Assembly (NCBI GenBank): GCA_963809685.1
Contig: CAWEKN010000004.1
Span: 63,182-127,181 of the forward strand
Origin: an uncultured Solirubrobacterales bacterium
Lineage (GTDB): Bacteria; Actinomycetota; Thermoleophilia; Solirubrobacterales; Solirubrobacteraceae
Length of the DNA: 64,000 nt
Direction: 5' to 3'
The translations under genes were made by a program, and so were the position numbers. Of this stretch, positions 29,349 to 40,129 are shown piece after piece (position 1 is the first letter of the stretch; the number at the start of each line of letters is the position of its first letter). The notes beneath the pieces were generated by a model. The model was not told the DNA's origin and did not search any database. It was given only the letters and a program-made list of their open reading frames with translations.

Positions 29349-30638
29349 ATGAGGAGCCTGCGTAAACCCTTGCTGGCCGGACTCGCGCTGTCCACCGCCG
29401 CGGTCATCGCGGCGTGCGGAGGCTCGAGCAGCAGCAGCAGTACCAGCGCCGCGAGCGGAGGCAGCTCGAGTTCAAGCTCGACGGCGGCTGCGAGCTCGAG
29501 CTCGACTCCTATTACGATCGGCGCGTCGCTGTCGCTGTCGGGCGACTTCGCCGCCGACGGCCAGGCGTTCCAGAAGGGCTACGAGCTGTGGGCCTCTGAC
29601 CAGAACAAGGCCGGCGGCCTGCTCGGCCACCCGGTCAAGATGAAGATCCTGTCCGATGCATCGAGCCCGGCGCAGGTGGTCAGCAACTACCAGAAGCTGA
29701 TCGGCTCAGACAAAGTGCCGCTCGTATTCGGGCCGTTCTCGACGCTGCTGACGCTCCCCTCCGCACGCGTGGCCGCACGCTATGGATACGCGTTCGTCGA
29801 GGGCGCCGGCGGCGGCCCGGCTGTGTTCGGCACGGGCCTGCACAACGTCTTCGACGTGTCGGTACCGGTCAAGAACAACCTCGTCACGTGGGCGCAGTGG
29901 GTCGCCTCGCTGCCCGCCAGCGAGCGTCCGAAGACCGCGGCGTACGCGACCGTCAACGATCCGTTCACGCAGCCGCAGATCCCGCCGGCCCAGGCCATCC
30001 TCCAGCAGGCGGGCGTCAAGACGCTGTCGTCGAAGGTATTCCCGGCCGAGGTCACGGACTTCACCCCGATCGCGACCCAGGTTGCCTCGACCAAGGCCGA
30101 CGTGGCCGTGCTCGGGTCAGTCGACGTCCCGACCGTGTCGGCATTCGTGCACAGCTTCATCCAGCAGCACTACGAGCCGAAGATCATGATCGCAACCGCT
30201 GGACCGGACCAGGGCGAGGCGTTCGTAAAGGCCGTTGGCAAGGGCAACGAAGACGGGATCATGGTCCCTAACGGCTGGTACGGCGGTTTTCAGAAGGCCG
30301 ACAGCCAGAAGATGGTCCAGGAGTACATCGCCAAGTACGGCGGCACTCCGTCTGACGTCAACGCCGACGTCGCCGAGGCCTATTCTGTCGGCCAGGTGAT
30401 GGCCCAGGCCGTCGCCGCGACCCACAGCATGGACAACGCCAAGATCATCGCCTACCTACACAGCGGCGTTACGCTCGACAGCGTGCAGGGCCCGGTGAAG
30501 TTCGACGCGACCGGCCAGAACACCGCCGGCAAGACGCTCACGTTCCAGTGGCAGAAGGCCGCCCTCGAGCAGACGCTCCCGGTCGGGGTCGCCGGCTCGA
30601 AGCCGCCGGTGGTTCCGAAGCCGCCCTGGGCTGGGTAG
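29349..30638 (+). CDS. HAAT/LIV-family ABC transporter substrate-binding lipoprotein
   Basis: Lipobox 'IAAC', Ser-rich linker, 'IGASLSLSG', 'GGLLG'. Confidence 0.88.
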   Translation: MRSLRKPLLAGLALSTAAVIAACGGSSSSSSTSAASGGSSSSSSTAAASSSSTPITIGASLSLSGDFAADGQAFQKGYELWASDQNKAGGLLGHPVKMKILSDASSPAQVVSNYQKLIGSDKVPLVFGPFSTLLTLPSARVAARYGYAFVEGAGGGPAVFGTGLHNVFDVSVPVKNNLVTWAQWVASLPASERPKTAAYATVNDPFTQPQIPPAQAILQQAGVKTLSSKVFPAEVTDFTPIATQVASTKADVAVLGSVDVPTVSAFVHSFIQQHYEPKIMIATAGPDQGEAFVKAVGKGNEDGIMVPNGWYGGFQKADSQKMVQEYIAKYGGTPSDVNADVAEAYSVGQVMAQAVAATHSMDNAKIIAYLHSGVTLDSVQGPVKFDATGQNTAGKTLTFQWQKAALEQTLPVGVAGSKPPVVPKPPWAG

Positions 30639-30647
30639 CACGCTGAC

Positions 30648-31532
30648 ATGTCGTTCACCACGCTGCTCCACGCGGTCGTCGATGGCATCCTGACCGGCGG
30701 CGTCTACGCGCTGATGGCAGCCGGGCTGACGCTGATCTTCGGCGTCATGGACATCATCAACATCGCGCAGGGCGTGATGATCGTGCTCGGCGCGTACCTG
30801 AGCTACGAGCTCTCGGTGCACGCCGGCATCGGGCTGCTTCCCGGGCTGTTGATCACGGTCCCGGTGATGTTCCTGCTCGGCGTCGCGATCGAGTTCCTGT
30901 TCATGCGCCGGCTGCGCGAGGGTGACCGGACCGGAATGTCGATCCTGGTCACGTTCGCCGTCGCAATCCTGATCGAGGGGATCCTCAGCGCCGCGTTCGG
31001 CGTCGACTACGTGCAGCTGCACGCGTCCTACGTGGACAAGTCCGTGTACGTGCTGGGCTTCTATCTGCCCTACATCTATCTGATCGGGTTCGCGCTGGCG
31101 GTGCTGCTGATGGCAGCCCTCTACTACATGCTCTACCGGACCAAGTTCGGGCGGGCGGTGCGGGCATCGCTTCAAAACCGGACCGCCGCCGACCTGATCG
31201 GGATCAACGTCAACCGCACTCGCATGATCTCGGTCGGGATCGGCGTCGCCGTCACGGCGGTCGGCGGGATGGTGTTCGGCGCTACCAACGCGTTCAACCC
31301 CAACAGCGGCTACGACCTGATCTCCCGCCTGCTGGCGATCGTGATCCTCGGCGGGCTCGGGAGCATCGGCGGCGCGATGATCGCTGCGATCCTGATGCTG
31401 GTGATCAACGACGTCGTGGCCGTCGCCTGGTCGCCGACATGGGCGCCGCTGGTGTTCTTCGCGGCGTTGGTCGTTGTGCTCTCGATCCGGCCACAGGGGC
31501 TGTTCGGCTCCTCCGCCGTCCGGGCGCAGTGA
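30648..31532 (+). CDS. LivH-like ABC permease
   Basis: 'GLTLIFGVMDIINIAQG', 'VILGGLGS'. Confidence 0.9.
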   Translation: MSFTTLLHAVVDGILTGGVYALMAAGLTLIFGVMDIINIAQGVMIVLGAYLSYELSVHAGIGLLPGLLITVPVMFLLGVAIEFLFMRRLREGDRTGMSILVTFAVAILIEGILSAAFGVDYVQLHASYVDKSVYVLGFYLPYIYLIGFALAVLLMAALYYMLYRTKFGRAVRASLQNRTAADLIGINVNRTRMISVGIGVAVTAVGGMVFGATNAFNPNSGYDLISRLLAIVILGGLGSIGGAMIAAILMLVINDVVAVAWSPTWAPLVFFAALVVVLSIRPQGLFGSSAVRAQ

Positions 31533-32578
31533 CCGACGGATCGCTCAAGACGCGCGGGCTCAAGGCCGGCGGGATCGCGGCGGCGGTCGCGCTCCTGGCC
31601 GTCTTCCCGATCGTTGTCACCGACCCCAGCGCGACCTCGATCGCGGTGTTCACGCTTGTGTTCATGGTCTCGGCCGCCGCGTGGAACGTCTTCAGCGGCT
31701 ACTCCGGCTACCTCGCCCTGGGGCACGCCGTGTTCTTCGGCAGCGGCGGGTACGCCGTCGCTCTGGCCGCCCGCGACTGGCACTTCAAGGGCGGCTGGGA
31801 TGTGTTCGCGCTGCTGCCGTTCGCCGGCCTGGTCGCCGCGGCAATCGCGATCCCCTTCGGGCTTGTCGCGCTGCGCACGCGACGGCACACGTTCGTGGTG
31901 GTGACGATCGCGATCTTCTTCATCTTCCAGCTTGCTGCGTTCAACCTCGGCTTCACCGGCGGCAGCTCGGGACTCGAGTATCCGATCGCGCCGTTCGCGG
32001 TGGCGACCTACAACAACCCGTTCTACTACGTCGCGCTGGTGATCCTGGTGTTGACGGTCGCGATGTCATGGGCCGTGCGCCGCTCCCGGTTCGGGTTGCA
32101 ACTGCTCGCGATCCGCGACGACGAGGAGCGGGCGCGCGGCCTCGGTGTAAAGACCGCGCGGGTGAAGCTGATCGCGTTCGTGCTGAGCGCGTTCCCGATC
32201 GGGATGGTCGGCGGCCTGTACTTCTACTTCCTCGGCCAGATCTTTCCCCAGTTCGCGTATGACCCGCTGTTCGACGTCTCGCTCGCGCTGATGGCGTTCC
32301 TCGGCGGGATCGGAACGCTGATCGGCCCCGTGCTCGGAGCGATGGTGCTCGAGGCAATGCAGCAGTATCTGACCCAGTCGCTGTCGGGGAACGGGACCTA
32401 CCTGATCGTCTACGGAGTCCTGTTCCTGATCGTGATCCTGCTGCTGCCACGCGGCGTGATCCCGACCCTCTCGGACCTGATCGCAAGGAGGCGCGCGCGC
32501 TCGCGCGACGCTGAGGCCGACGAGGCGCGCGATGCCGATCCCGCCCTCCGCGGCGGCGTTGCCGGAGTGGTCAGGTGA
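31529..32578 (+). CDS. LivM-like ABC permease
   Basis: 'GYSGYLALGHAVFFG', 'AIRDDEERA'. Confidence 0.9.
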   Translation: MTDGSLKTRGLKAGGIAAAVALLAVFPIVVTDPSATSIAVFTLVFMVSAAAWNVFSGYSGYLALGHAVFFGSGGYAVALAARDWHFKGGWDVFALLPFAGLVAAAIAIPFGLVALRTRRHTFVVVTIAIFFIFQLAAFNLGFTGGSSGLEYPIAPFAVATYNNPFYYVALVILVLTVAMSWAVRRSRFGLQLLAIRDDEERARGLGVKTARVKLIAFVLSAFPIGMVGGLYFYFLGQIFPQFAYDPLFDVSLALMAFLGGIGTLIGPVLGAMVLEAMQQYLTQSLSGNGTYLIVYGVLFLIVILLLPRGVIPTLSDLIARRRARSRDAEADEARDADPALRGGVAGVVR

Positions 32579-34176
32579 GCGCGCTGCTGGAAGTCGCCGG
32601 CGTGTCGAAGTCGTTCGGCGGCGTGCACGCGTTGTCGGCGTGCGACCTGCAGCTGAGCGAGGGATCGATCCACGGCCTGATCGGACCCAACGGGTCCGGC
32701 AAGACCACGCTGTTCAACGTCATCACCGGCTACGAGCGGATCCAGCAGGGCGGTGTGCACTTCAACGGCACCGAGATCACAAACGCGCCGCCGGACCGCG
32801 TGTTCGGGCTCGGAATCGGCCGCACGTTCCAGCTGACTCGAATCTTCACGCGCCTGTCGGTAATCGAGAACATGCTGGTCGCGACCCAGCGGTCGCGCGG
32901 GTGGCTGCGTGCCGTGATCCGCCGCGCGGGCTCCACGGCCGAGCGGCGGCGCGCGCTGCAGTTGCTGCAGTTCGTCGGGATCGAGCGGCTCGCCCATGAG
33001 CCCGCGGGCAATCTGTCCTTCGGGCAGCGCAAGCTGCTCGAGCTCGCCTCGCTGCTGGTCGCCGACCCGGATGTGCTGCTGCTTGACGAACCCGCCGGCG
33101 GCGTCAACCCGACGCTGATCAAGCACTTGGCCGACCGGATCCAGGAGCTGAACAAGGCCGGGAAGACCTTCCTCGTGGTCGAGCACAACATGGAGTTCGT
33201 GATGAGCCTGTGCCACCACGTCACCGTCCTCAGCCAGGGGACAGCGCTGGTGTCCGGGCCGCCCGAACAGGTCCGCTCCAACCCGGCCGTGCTCGACGCC
33301 TATCTCGGCGGCGAGGACGACGCGGCAACCCAACTCGAGCTCGCCGGCGATGCCCCCCCCGGCGGCCACAGCTCCGCGCGCGTGGTGACGGCTCCGGGGA
33401 CCGTGCAACCGCGGCTCAAGCTCGGCGGCCCCGAGCCGCTGCTCAGCGTGCGCGGCGTGGTCGCGGGCTACGGCGGCGGCGACATCCTCAAGCAGGTCTC
33501 CTTCGACGTCCCCCAAGGCGAGATCACCTGCATCGTCGGGCCCAACGGCGCGGGCAAGTCGACACTGCTGTCGACGATCAGCGGCCTGCTGCGGCCGCGC
33601 CAGGGCGAGATTCGCTTCCGCGGTCAGGTGATCTCGGGCCAGTCTCCCGGCGACATCCTCGCTCGCGGGATCGTGCAGGTGCCCCAGGCGCACAGCCTGT
33701 TCACCAACATGACCGTCCGCGAGAACGTCGAGATGGGGGCGTTCACCATCTCGGACAAGGAGCTTGTGCGCAGACGGTTGGAGGCGGTGCAGGAGCGCTA
33801 TCCGATCGTTCGCGACCGCGCCGAGGAGAAGGCCGGAAGCCTGTCGGGCGGCCAGCAGCGGCTGGTCGAGCTCGCGCGCTCGCTGATGCTCGACCCCGAG
33901 ATGGTCGTGCTCGACGAGCCGTCGATGGGCCTCGACCCGCAAACCCGCGAGCTCGTGTTCGAGATGATCGAGTTGATGAACCGCGACGGCAAGACGGTCC
34001 TGCTCGTCGAGCAGAACGCGCGCGCGGGGCTGAAGCTGAGCTCGCACGGAATCGTGCTCGAGAACGGGATCGTGCGGCTGAAGGGCTCGGGCCGCGAGGT
34101 GCTCGAGCATCCGGAGATCGGCGCGCTGTACCTCGGCGGTGCAGTGTCGACCGGCTCCGTGGCGCCGGCGGGATGA
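32575..34176 (+). CDS. fused LivG-LivF ABC ATPase (two nucleotide-binding domains)
   Basis: Two Walker A motifs (GPNGSGKT, GPNGAGKS) and two 'LDEP' motifs. Confidence 0.9.
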   Translation: MSALLEVAGVSKSFGGVHALSACDLQLSEGSIHGLIGPNGSGKTTLFNVITGYERIQQGGVHFNGTEITNAPPDRVFGLGIGRTFQLTRIFTRLSVIENMLVATQRSRGWLRAVIRRAGSTAERRRALQLLQFVGIERLAHEPAGNLSFGQRKLLELASLLVADPDVLLLDEPAGGVNPTLIKHLADRIQELNKAGKTFLVVEHNMEFVMSLCHHVTVLSQGTALVSGPPEQVRSNPAVLDAYLGGEDDAATQLELAGDAPPGGHSSARVVTAPGTVQPRLKLGGPEPLLSVRGVVAGYGGGDILKQVSFDVPQGEITCIVGPNGAGKSTLLSTISGLLRPRQGEIRFRGQVISGQSPGDILARGIVQVPQAHSLFTNMTVRENVEMGAFTISDKELVRRRLEAVQERYPIVRDRAEEKAGSLSGGQQRLVELARSLMLDPEMVVLDEPSMGLDPQTRELVFEMIELMNRDGKTVLLVEQNARAGLKLSSHGIVLENGIVRLKGSGREVLEHPEIGALYLGGAVSTGSVAPAG

Positions 34177-35813
34177 GTGCCGCAGCCGTCAGCGCCGACG
34201 TCGTCGTCGCGGGCGCGGGCCACAACAGCCTGATCGCCGCGGCCTACCTGACCCGTGCCGGCCATCGGTGTGTCGTGCTCGACGCCCGAGCAGTGCCCGG
34301 CGGCGGAGTGGCGTCCGAGGAGCTGCTGCTGCCGGGCTACCTGGTCGACTCCTGCTCGACGGGCCATACGCTGATCCAGACCAACCCGGTGATCGCAGAC
34401 GACGAGCTGGGGCTACTCGCCGGCCACGGCCTCAGCTACCTCGAGCCGGACCCCGTCGCGCACGTCGTGTTCCCCGACGGCGAGTCGCTGACGATGTGGC
34501 TGGAGCTCGAGCGCACCTGCGAGCAGATTGCCCGCTTCTCGCGCTCCGACGCCGCCGCGTACCGGCGACTGCTCGATGAGTACGACGCGGTGAAGGACGT
34601 GTTCGCGGCGCAGCGCTTTACGCCGATCGGGTTCGGTCCGAGCTTCGAGCAGCTGCTGGCCGGACGACCAGGCTCGGGACGCTGGCGCCGGCGCGCGGCG
34701 ATGAGCGCCTGGGACGTGATCCGGCACGAGTTCGAGAGCCCTCACGTGCAGTCGTTCATGCTCTGGATGGCGTTCCAGACCGGGCAACCGGTCGACTCCG
34801 CGGGATCGGGGCCGCTGGCCTACTCGCTCGTGTTCGGGCGTCAGCGCCGCAGCTGGACGATTCCGCGCGGCGGCTCCGGGGAGCTTGCCCGGGCGCTGGT
34901 CGAGGTGATCGAGGCGGCCGGGGGAGAGGTGTTGTGCGGCCGGCGCGTCACCGGGCTGCTGCTCGAACGCGGCCGCTGCGTCGGCGTCCAGACCGCCGAC
35001 GGGGAGCGCTTCGTCGCTCGCGAGGCGGTCCTCTCCTCGATCCACGTCAAGCAGCTGATCGAGATGGCCCCCGCGGAGGCGTGGGGCGAGGACTTCATCT
35101 ACGCGATCTCGACCTACGACCCGGGCGTGTCGGCGTTCGCCGCGCACTACGCCACAAGTGAGCCGCCGCGCTACCCGCTCACCGACGGCGGCGAGATCAC
35201 GGCAGTGTCCGCCGGCGTCGCCGGGTGGCCCGAGGAGATCGTGCGAATGGGACGCGACGTCAAGGAGGGCAGGCTGGTCCGCGACGGCGCGTGGCTGCTG
35301 TTCCCGGCGCCCACCGTCGCCGATCCGTCGCGCGCGCCGGCCGGCCACCACACGGTCAAGGTGCTCGGCATGCAGCCCTACGATCCAGGCGGCGGCCCGG
35401 GGCGCTGGAAGCGGCTACGCGCCGAGATCGCGGCGGCCCAGCTCGCACACCTGCGCCGCGCCGCGCCGAACATGGTCGACGACGTGATCCTCGCCGAGCT
35501 CGTCGTCTCCCCGCCCGAGCTCGAGGCCTCCAACCCCCACATGTGGCACGGGACGTTCCACGGCGGCGATCGCTCGCTCGCCTTCAGCGGCGCGCTGCGC
35601 CCCGCGGCCGGATGGGCACAGCACCGGATGCCGATCCCCGGCCTGTACCAGACCGGCGGCACGACGCACCCCGGCGGGTCGGTCACCGGCGCCCCCGGGC
35701 GCAACGCCGCGATCGTGATGCTCACCGATCTGGGACACGATCCGGCGCAAGCGATGGCGCGCGTTCCCGCCGCCGCCGCCGGCAGTACGTCCTCGCCGGC
35801 CGGCCGGGGGTGA
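34173..35813 (+). CDS. phytoene dehydrogenase-like (COG1233) FAD-dependent oxidoreductase
   Basis: 'GAGHNSL', 'GLYQTGGTTHPGGSVTGAPGRNAA'. Confidence 0.85.
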   Translation: MSAAAVSADVVVAGAGHNSLIAAAYLTRAGHRCVVLDARAVPGGGVASEELLLPGYLVDSCSTGHTLIQTNPVIADDELGLLAGHGLSYLEPDPVAHVVFPDGESLTMWLELERTCEQIARFSRSDAAAYRRLLDEYDAVKDVFAAQRFTPIGFGPSFEQLLAGRPGSGRWRRRAAMSAWDVIRHEFESPHVQSFMLWMAFQTGQPVDSAGSGPLAYSLVFGRQRRSWTIPRGGSGELARALVEVIEAAGGEVLCGRRVTGLLLERGRCVGVQTADGERFVAREAVLSSIHVKQLIEMAPAEAWGEDFIYAISTYDPGVSAFAAHYATSEPPRYPLTDGGEITAVSAGVAGWPEEIVRMGRDVKEGRLVRDGAWLLFPAPTVADPSRAPAGHHTVKVLGMQPYDPGGGPGRWKRLRAEIAAAQLAHLRRAAPNMVDDVILAELVVSPPELEASNPHMWHGTFHGGDRSLAFSGALRPAAGWAQHRMPIPGLYQTGGTTHPGGSVTGAPGRNAAIVMLTDLGHDPAQAMARVPAAAAGSTSSPAGRG

Positions 35814-35820
35814 ATCGAGG

Positions 35821-36870
35821 ATGGCCCGGGTGCGAAGCAGCGCCGTGACGATCCGCGACGTGGCCCGCGTCGCCAAGGTCCATCCCGGCACTGTCTCGCG
35901 TGCGCTGAACGTGCAGACGCGCGCGCTCGTCAATGAGGAGACGGCCGAGCGCGTCCTGCAGGCGGCCGAGAAGCTGGGCTACCGCGCCAACCGGATCGCG
36001 CGCGGACTGAAGACCAACCGCTCCTACACGATCGGCGTGCTGATCCCCGACATCACCAACCCGCTGTTCCCTCCGATCCTCCGCGGGATCGAGGACCGAC
36101 TCGGCGAGGCCGGCTACACGTCGCTGGTGGTCAACACCGACAACGACCCCGAGCGCGAGCGCAGCCACTTCGAGGCGATGCGCGCCAGACAGGTCGACGG
36201 CTTCATCTCGGCGACCGCCCGGCTGGACCGCGAGCTGCTCGCCGAGGTCGCGGCCGGGGGCGCACCGCCGTTGGTGCTCGTCAACCGCAGCCTCGAGGAC
36301 GGCTCGGTCCCCGCGGTCACGGTCAACGACCGGCAGGGCATCCGCCTGGCCGTGCAGCACGTGGCCGCGCTCGGGCACACGCGGATCGCCCACGTCGCCG
36401 GGCCGCAGGACATCTCGACCGGGCACCGCCGCCACCTCGGGTTCCTAGAGGCGATGGCGGCGGAGGGGCTGCAGGTGGGGCCAGGAGACGTTCGCTTCGG
36501 CAGGTGGTTCATCGAAGAGGAGGGGGCACGGCTGTGCGCCGAGCTGCTCGACGAGTCTCCCGACCTGACCGCGATCGTGGCGGGGAACGACCTGCTTGCG
36601 ATCGGCTGCTACGACGCGCTCGAGGCGCGAGGGATCAACTGCCCCGAACAGATCTCGATCGTCGGCTTCAACGACATGCCGTTCGTCGACCGTCTGCGCC
36701 CGCCGCTGACGACGGTACGGGTGCCGCAGCGCGAGATCGGCACGGTGGCAGCCGATCTCATGCTCCAGCGCCTGAGCGACGGCTCGGAGGCCGCGCGCGA
36801 AATCCTGCTCGAGCCGACGCTGATCGTCCGTGGCTCCACCGCGCCGCCGCCGGCCGGCGTCGCCCGATGA
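35821..36870 (+). CDS. LacI-family transcriptional regulator
   Basis: 'VTIRDVARVAKVHPGTVSRALN', 'PPLTTV'. Confidence 0.93.
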   Translation: MARVRSSAVTIRDVARVAKVHPGTVSRALNVQTRALVNEETAERVLQAAEKLGYRANRIARGLKTNRSYTIGVLIPDITNPLFPPILRGIEDRLGEAGYTSLVVNTDNDPERERSHFEAMRARQVDGFISATARLDRELLAEVAAGGAPPLVLVNRSLEDGSVPAVTVNDRQGIRLAVQHVAALGHTRIAHVAGPQDISTGHRRHLGFLEAMAAEGLQVGPGDVRFGRWFIEEEGARLCAELLDESPDLTAIVAGNDLLAIGCYDALEARGINCPEQISIVGFNDMPFVDRLRPPLTTVRVPQREIGTVAADLMLQRLSDGSEAAREILLEPTLIVRGSTAPPPAGVAR

Positions 36871-37976
36871 CGGGGGGCGCCGTGCCCGATCCCCGGGTTC
36901 AGGCCGCGATCGACAATTGGGGCCCGCGGCTGATCGCCAACGGCATCGACTACAACGACTTCGTCCGGACGACCGGATCGATCTCGCGCTGGGAGCAGTG
37001 GCTGGAGGCATGGTGCGCCACCGCCGACGAGCACCGCGAACTTGCGTTGCAGGCCCGCTCCAACGGCCATGACCGCAGCGCCGGCGAGGCGTTTCTGCGC
37101 GCCGCGGTCAGCTACCACTTCTCCAAGTTCGTCTGGGTGCTCGACCCAGACCGCAACCGCGCCGCGACCGAGGCGGCGGTGCGCGCGCTGTACGACGCGC
37201 ACGCGCTGCTCGACCCGACGGCGCAGCGAATTGAAGCGCCGATCGACGGTGGGGTCGTCGTCGGCAACCTCCGGCGGCCGTCGGCGCGGGCAGGGCGGAC
37301 GGGGCGGGCGGGACCGGATCCCGCGCCGCTGGTGGTGCTGATCCCGGGTCTGGACTCGACCAAGGAGGAGTTCTACCTGTGGGAGTCGGTGTTTCTCGCG
37401 CGTGGGATGGCGACGCTGTCGCTCGACGGCCCGGGCCAGGGCGAGTCCGGCTTTGAGGTGAACATTCGCCCCGACTACGAGGTCGCGGTCGCGTCGATGC
37501 TCGATGCGCTCACCGGTCGCGGCGACATCGCCGGCGATCTTGACCTTCACCGCATCGCGGCGGCCGGGGTCAGCCTCGGTGGTTACTACGTCGCGCGGGC
37601 CGCAGCGTTCGAGCCACGGCTCAAGGCGGTCGCCGGTATCAGCGGGCCGTTCGACGCGGCGGCTGCGTGGTCGCAGATGCCGGGGCTGACCCGCGAGGCG
37701 TTCGCCCATCACACCGGCGCAGGCAGCGACGCCGAAGCTCGCGAGCTCGCGAGTCGGTTGACCCTCGCCGGTGTCGCCGAGCAGATCAGGCAACCGTGCC
37801 TGGTCGTGACTGGCAAGCGCGACCGTGTGATCCCGTGGGAGCAGACCCGCCGGATCGCCGACGCCGCTCCGAACAGCGAGTGGGTTCTCTACGACGACGG
37901 GACCCACGTCTGCAACAACATCCCGTTTCGCTACCGCCCGCTCGTGGCCGACTGGATCCGGGACCGGCTGGGGTGA
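36867..37976 (+). CDS. alpha/beta hydrolase resembling 2,6-dihydroxypseudooxynicotine (DHPON) C-C hydrolase
   Basis: 'GLDSTKEE', 'DGPGQGE', 'GVSLGG' nucleophile elbow, 'GTHVCNN', N-terminal 'NWGPRLIANG'. Confidence 0.8.
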   Translation: MTGGAVPDPRVQAAIDNWGPRLIANGIDYNDFVRTTGSISRWEQWLEAWCATADEHRELALQARSNGHDRSAGEAFLRAAVSYHFSKFVWVLDPDRNRAATEAAVRALYDAHALLDPTAQRIEAPIDGGVVVGNLRRPSARAGRTGRAGPDPAPLVVLIPGLDSTKEEFYLWESVFLARGMATLSLDGPGQGESGFEVNIRPDYEVAVASMLDALTGRGDIAGDLDLHRIAAAGVSLGGYYVARAAAFEPRLKAVAGISGPFDAAAAWSQMPGLTREAFAHHTGAGSDAEARELASRLTLAGVAEQIRQPCLVVTGKRDRVIPWEQTRRIADAAPNSEWVLYDDGTHVCNNIPFRYRPLVADWIRDRLG

Positions 37977-40129
37977 TCGGCGCCCCGACGACGCGACGCG
38001 AGGACGCTCGCGTGCTGCGCGGCGAGACTCGCTACGTCGATGACATCGAGCTTGACGGGGAAGCGCACGTCGCGTTCGTGCGCAGCCCGTTCGCCCACGC
38101 GCGGATCGCTTCGATCGACGAGCCGCAGGGTGCCGACGGGCTGATCGCGGTACTGACCGCCCGACGCCTCGCCGGCCGCGTACGGCCGTTCCCGATCCCC
38201 GCGCCGGATGGAGTGCAGCTCGCCGACGAGCCCCACCCGATCCTCGCGAGCGAGGAGGTGCGCTACGTCGGTCAGGCGGTGGCCGCCGTGGTCGCCACGT
38301 CGCGGGCGCTGGCGGAAGACGCAGCTGAGCTGGTCGACGTCGAGTACGAGCCGCTTGACGCGATCGTCGACCCGCGCGCTTGCGACGTCGAGTTGATGCG
38401 GTTCGAGCGGCGCACCGGGGACGTCGAGCGCGCGTTTGAGCGCGCCGCGCACACGGTCCGTGGCCGCTACGGGCTGCCACGGCTCGTGGCGGCGCCGATC
38501 GAGCCGCGAGGCGCCGTCGCCGCGCACGAGCCGCAATCCGACCTGTTGACGGTGTGGTGCTCGGCCCAGGACACCCACCGGCCGCTCGAGCAGCTCGCGC
38601 ACATTCTGGACCGCCGCGAGGAGTCGATCCGGGTGGTCGTTCCCGACGTCGGTGGCGCATTTGGCAGCAAGGGGGTGATCGCGCCCGAGGTGGCAGTCAT
38701 CGCCGCCGCCGCGATCGAGCTCGGCCGGCCGCTGAAGTGGATCGAGGACCGCTTCGAGAACTTCCTGGCCGCCTACCAGGGCCGAGGGATCGAGGGCGAG
38801 CTCGAGCTCGCGCTCGACGGCGACGGGGTGATGCTCGCGTTGCGCGCCCGGTTGCGTGCCGACCTCGGCGCGTATCTGCTCAGCAGCACCGCAATCCCGC
38901 CGCACACTGCGGCGATGCTGATCACCGGCTGCTACGACATCCCGACGGCGGAGGTGCGGCTCGTTGGGGCCCGCACGAACAAGGTGCCGACCGGCCCCTA
39001 CCGCGGCGCCGGTCGCCCCGACGCCGCGTACATGCTCGAGTCTCTGGTCGACGACGCCGCCCGCGCGTTGTCGATCGACCGCGTGGAGCTGCGCCGGCGC
39101 AACCTGATCTCGAGCTTTCCGCACAGCGCCCCGCTCGGGTACGTGTACGACTCGGGTGATTACCGGGGCTGTCTCGATCTGGCGCTCGAGCTGTTGCCCG
39201 ATCCTGCCGGGGCCGATCACCCGGCCGACCGGGTGACCGGCTCCGGGGTGGCGGTGTTCGTCGAGCGCGCGGGCGGTCGCTGGGAGGCAGCCGACGTCGA
39301 GGTCGGACTCGACGGGCGCGTGATCGTGCGCAGCAGCTCCAGCCCGCACGGTCAGGGTCATGCGACCACGTTCGCGCAGATCGCGGCCGACCGGCTGGGG
39401 GTGCCGGCGGCGCAGATCGAGCTTCGCTTCGGCGACAGCGCAGACGTGCCGCGCGGCGTCGGCACGTTCGGGAGCCGCTCGGTCGTGGTCGGTGGCTCGG
39501 CGGTGGTGGTCGCGATCGACGAGCTGATCGCGCGCGGCCGGCCGACCGCGGCCGAGCTGCTCGGCGTCGCGGTCGACGAGGTGGCCTGGGAGCGCGGTCG
39601 CTACGGCGCACGGGGGCGGTCGGTCACGTTCGATCAGGTCGCGCGGGCGGCGCCCGGGCTGCGGGCCTCGGGTCGCTTTGACTCAGAGCAGGTGTTCTCC
39701 TCCGGCGCGTACGCGGCGTCGGTTGAGATCGAGCGCTGCACGGGGCGTCTGCGGGTGCTGGCCCTGGTGGCGGTCGACGACGCGGGCAACGTGATCAACC
39801 CGCTGCTCACGCACGGGCAGGTGATCGGCGGCGCGGTCCAGGGGCTGGGGGAGTGCCTGGTCGAGGAGGCCGTCTGGGACGAGGCCGGTCAGCCCCTGCG
39901 GGCGTCGTTGATGGACTACAGCCTGCTGACCGCCGCCGATGTCCCGCCGATCATCACCGGGGAGATTTGCACCCCATCGCCGCTGAATCCACTCGGCGCC
40001 AAGGGCGTCGGCGAGGGCGGGGCGATCGGATCGCTCGCGGCAGTGGCCAACGCGGTCGCCGACGCACTCGGCGGCGTCCACGTCGACCCGCCGTATACCG
40101 ACGCGAAGCTGTGGGCGGCGTTGCGGTGA
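37973..40129 (+). CDS. xanthine dehydrogenase-family molybdopterin large subunit (CoxL form II-like)
   Basis: 'VGGAFGSK', 'PYRGAGR', 'HGQGHAT', 'GAKGVGEGG'. Confidence 0.9.
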   Translation: MIGAPTTRREDARVLRGETRYVDDIELDGEAHVAFVRSPFAHARIASIDEPQGADGLIAVLTARRLAGRVRPFPIPAPDGVQLADEPHPILASEEVRYVGQAVAAVVATSRALAEDAAELVDVEYEPLDAIVDPRACDVELMRFERRTGDVERAFERAAHTVRGRYGLPRLVAAPIEPRGAVAAHEPQSDLLTVWCSAQDTHRPLEQLAHILDRREESIRVVVPDVGGAFGSKGVIAPEVAVIAAAAIELGRPLKWIEDRFENFLAAYQGRGIEGELELALDGDGVMLALRARLRADLGAYLLSSTAIPPHTAAMLITGCYDIPTAEVRLVGARTNKVPTGPYRGAGRPDAAYMLESLVDDAARALSIDRVELRRRNLISSFPHSAPLGYVYDSGDYRGCLDLALELLPDPAGADHPADRVTGSGVAVFVERAGGRWEAADVEVGLDGRVIVRSSSSPHGQGHATTFAQIAADRLGVPAAQIELRFGDSADVPRGVGTFGSRSVVVGGSAVVVAIDELIARGRPTAAELLGVAVDEVAWERGRYGARGRSVTFDQVARAAPGLRASGRFDSEQVFSSGAYAASVEIERCTGRLRVLALVAVDDAGNVINPLLTHGQVIGGAVQGLGECLVEEAVWDEAGQPLRASLMDYSLLTAADVPPIITGEICTPSPLNPLGAKGVGEGGAIGSLAAVANAVADALGGVHVDPPYTDAKLWAALR

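Noticed and set aside
29421-29510. AGC/TCG-rich repeat
   Set aside because: It encodes the ordinary Ser-rich linker after the lipobox of the binding protein.
34173-35813. Carotenoid biosynthesis (crtI)
   Set aside because: No crtB/crtE nearby, and the gene is embedded in a catabolic operon.
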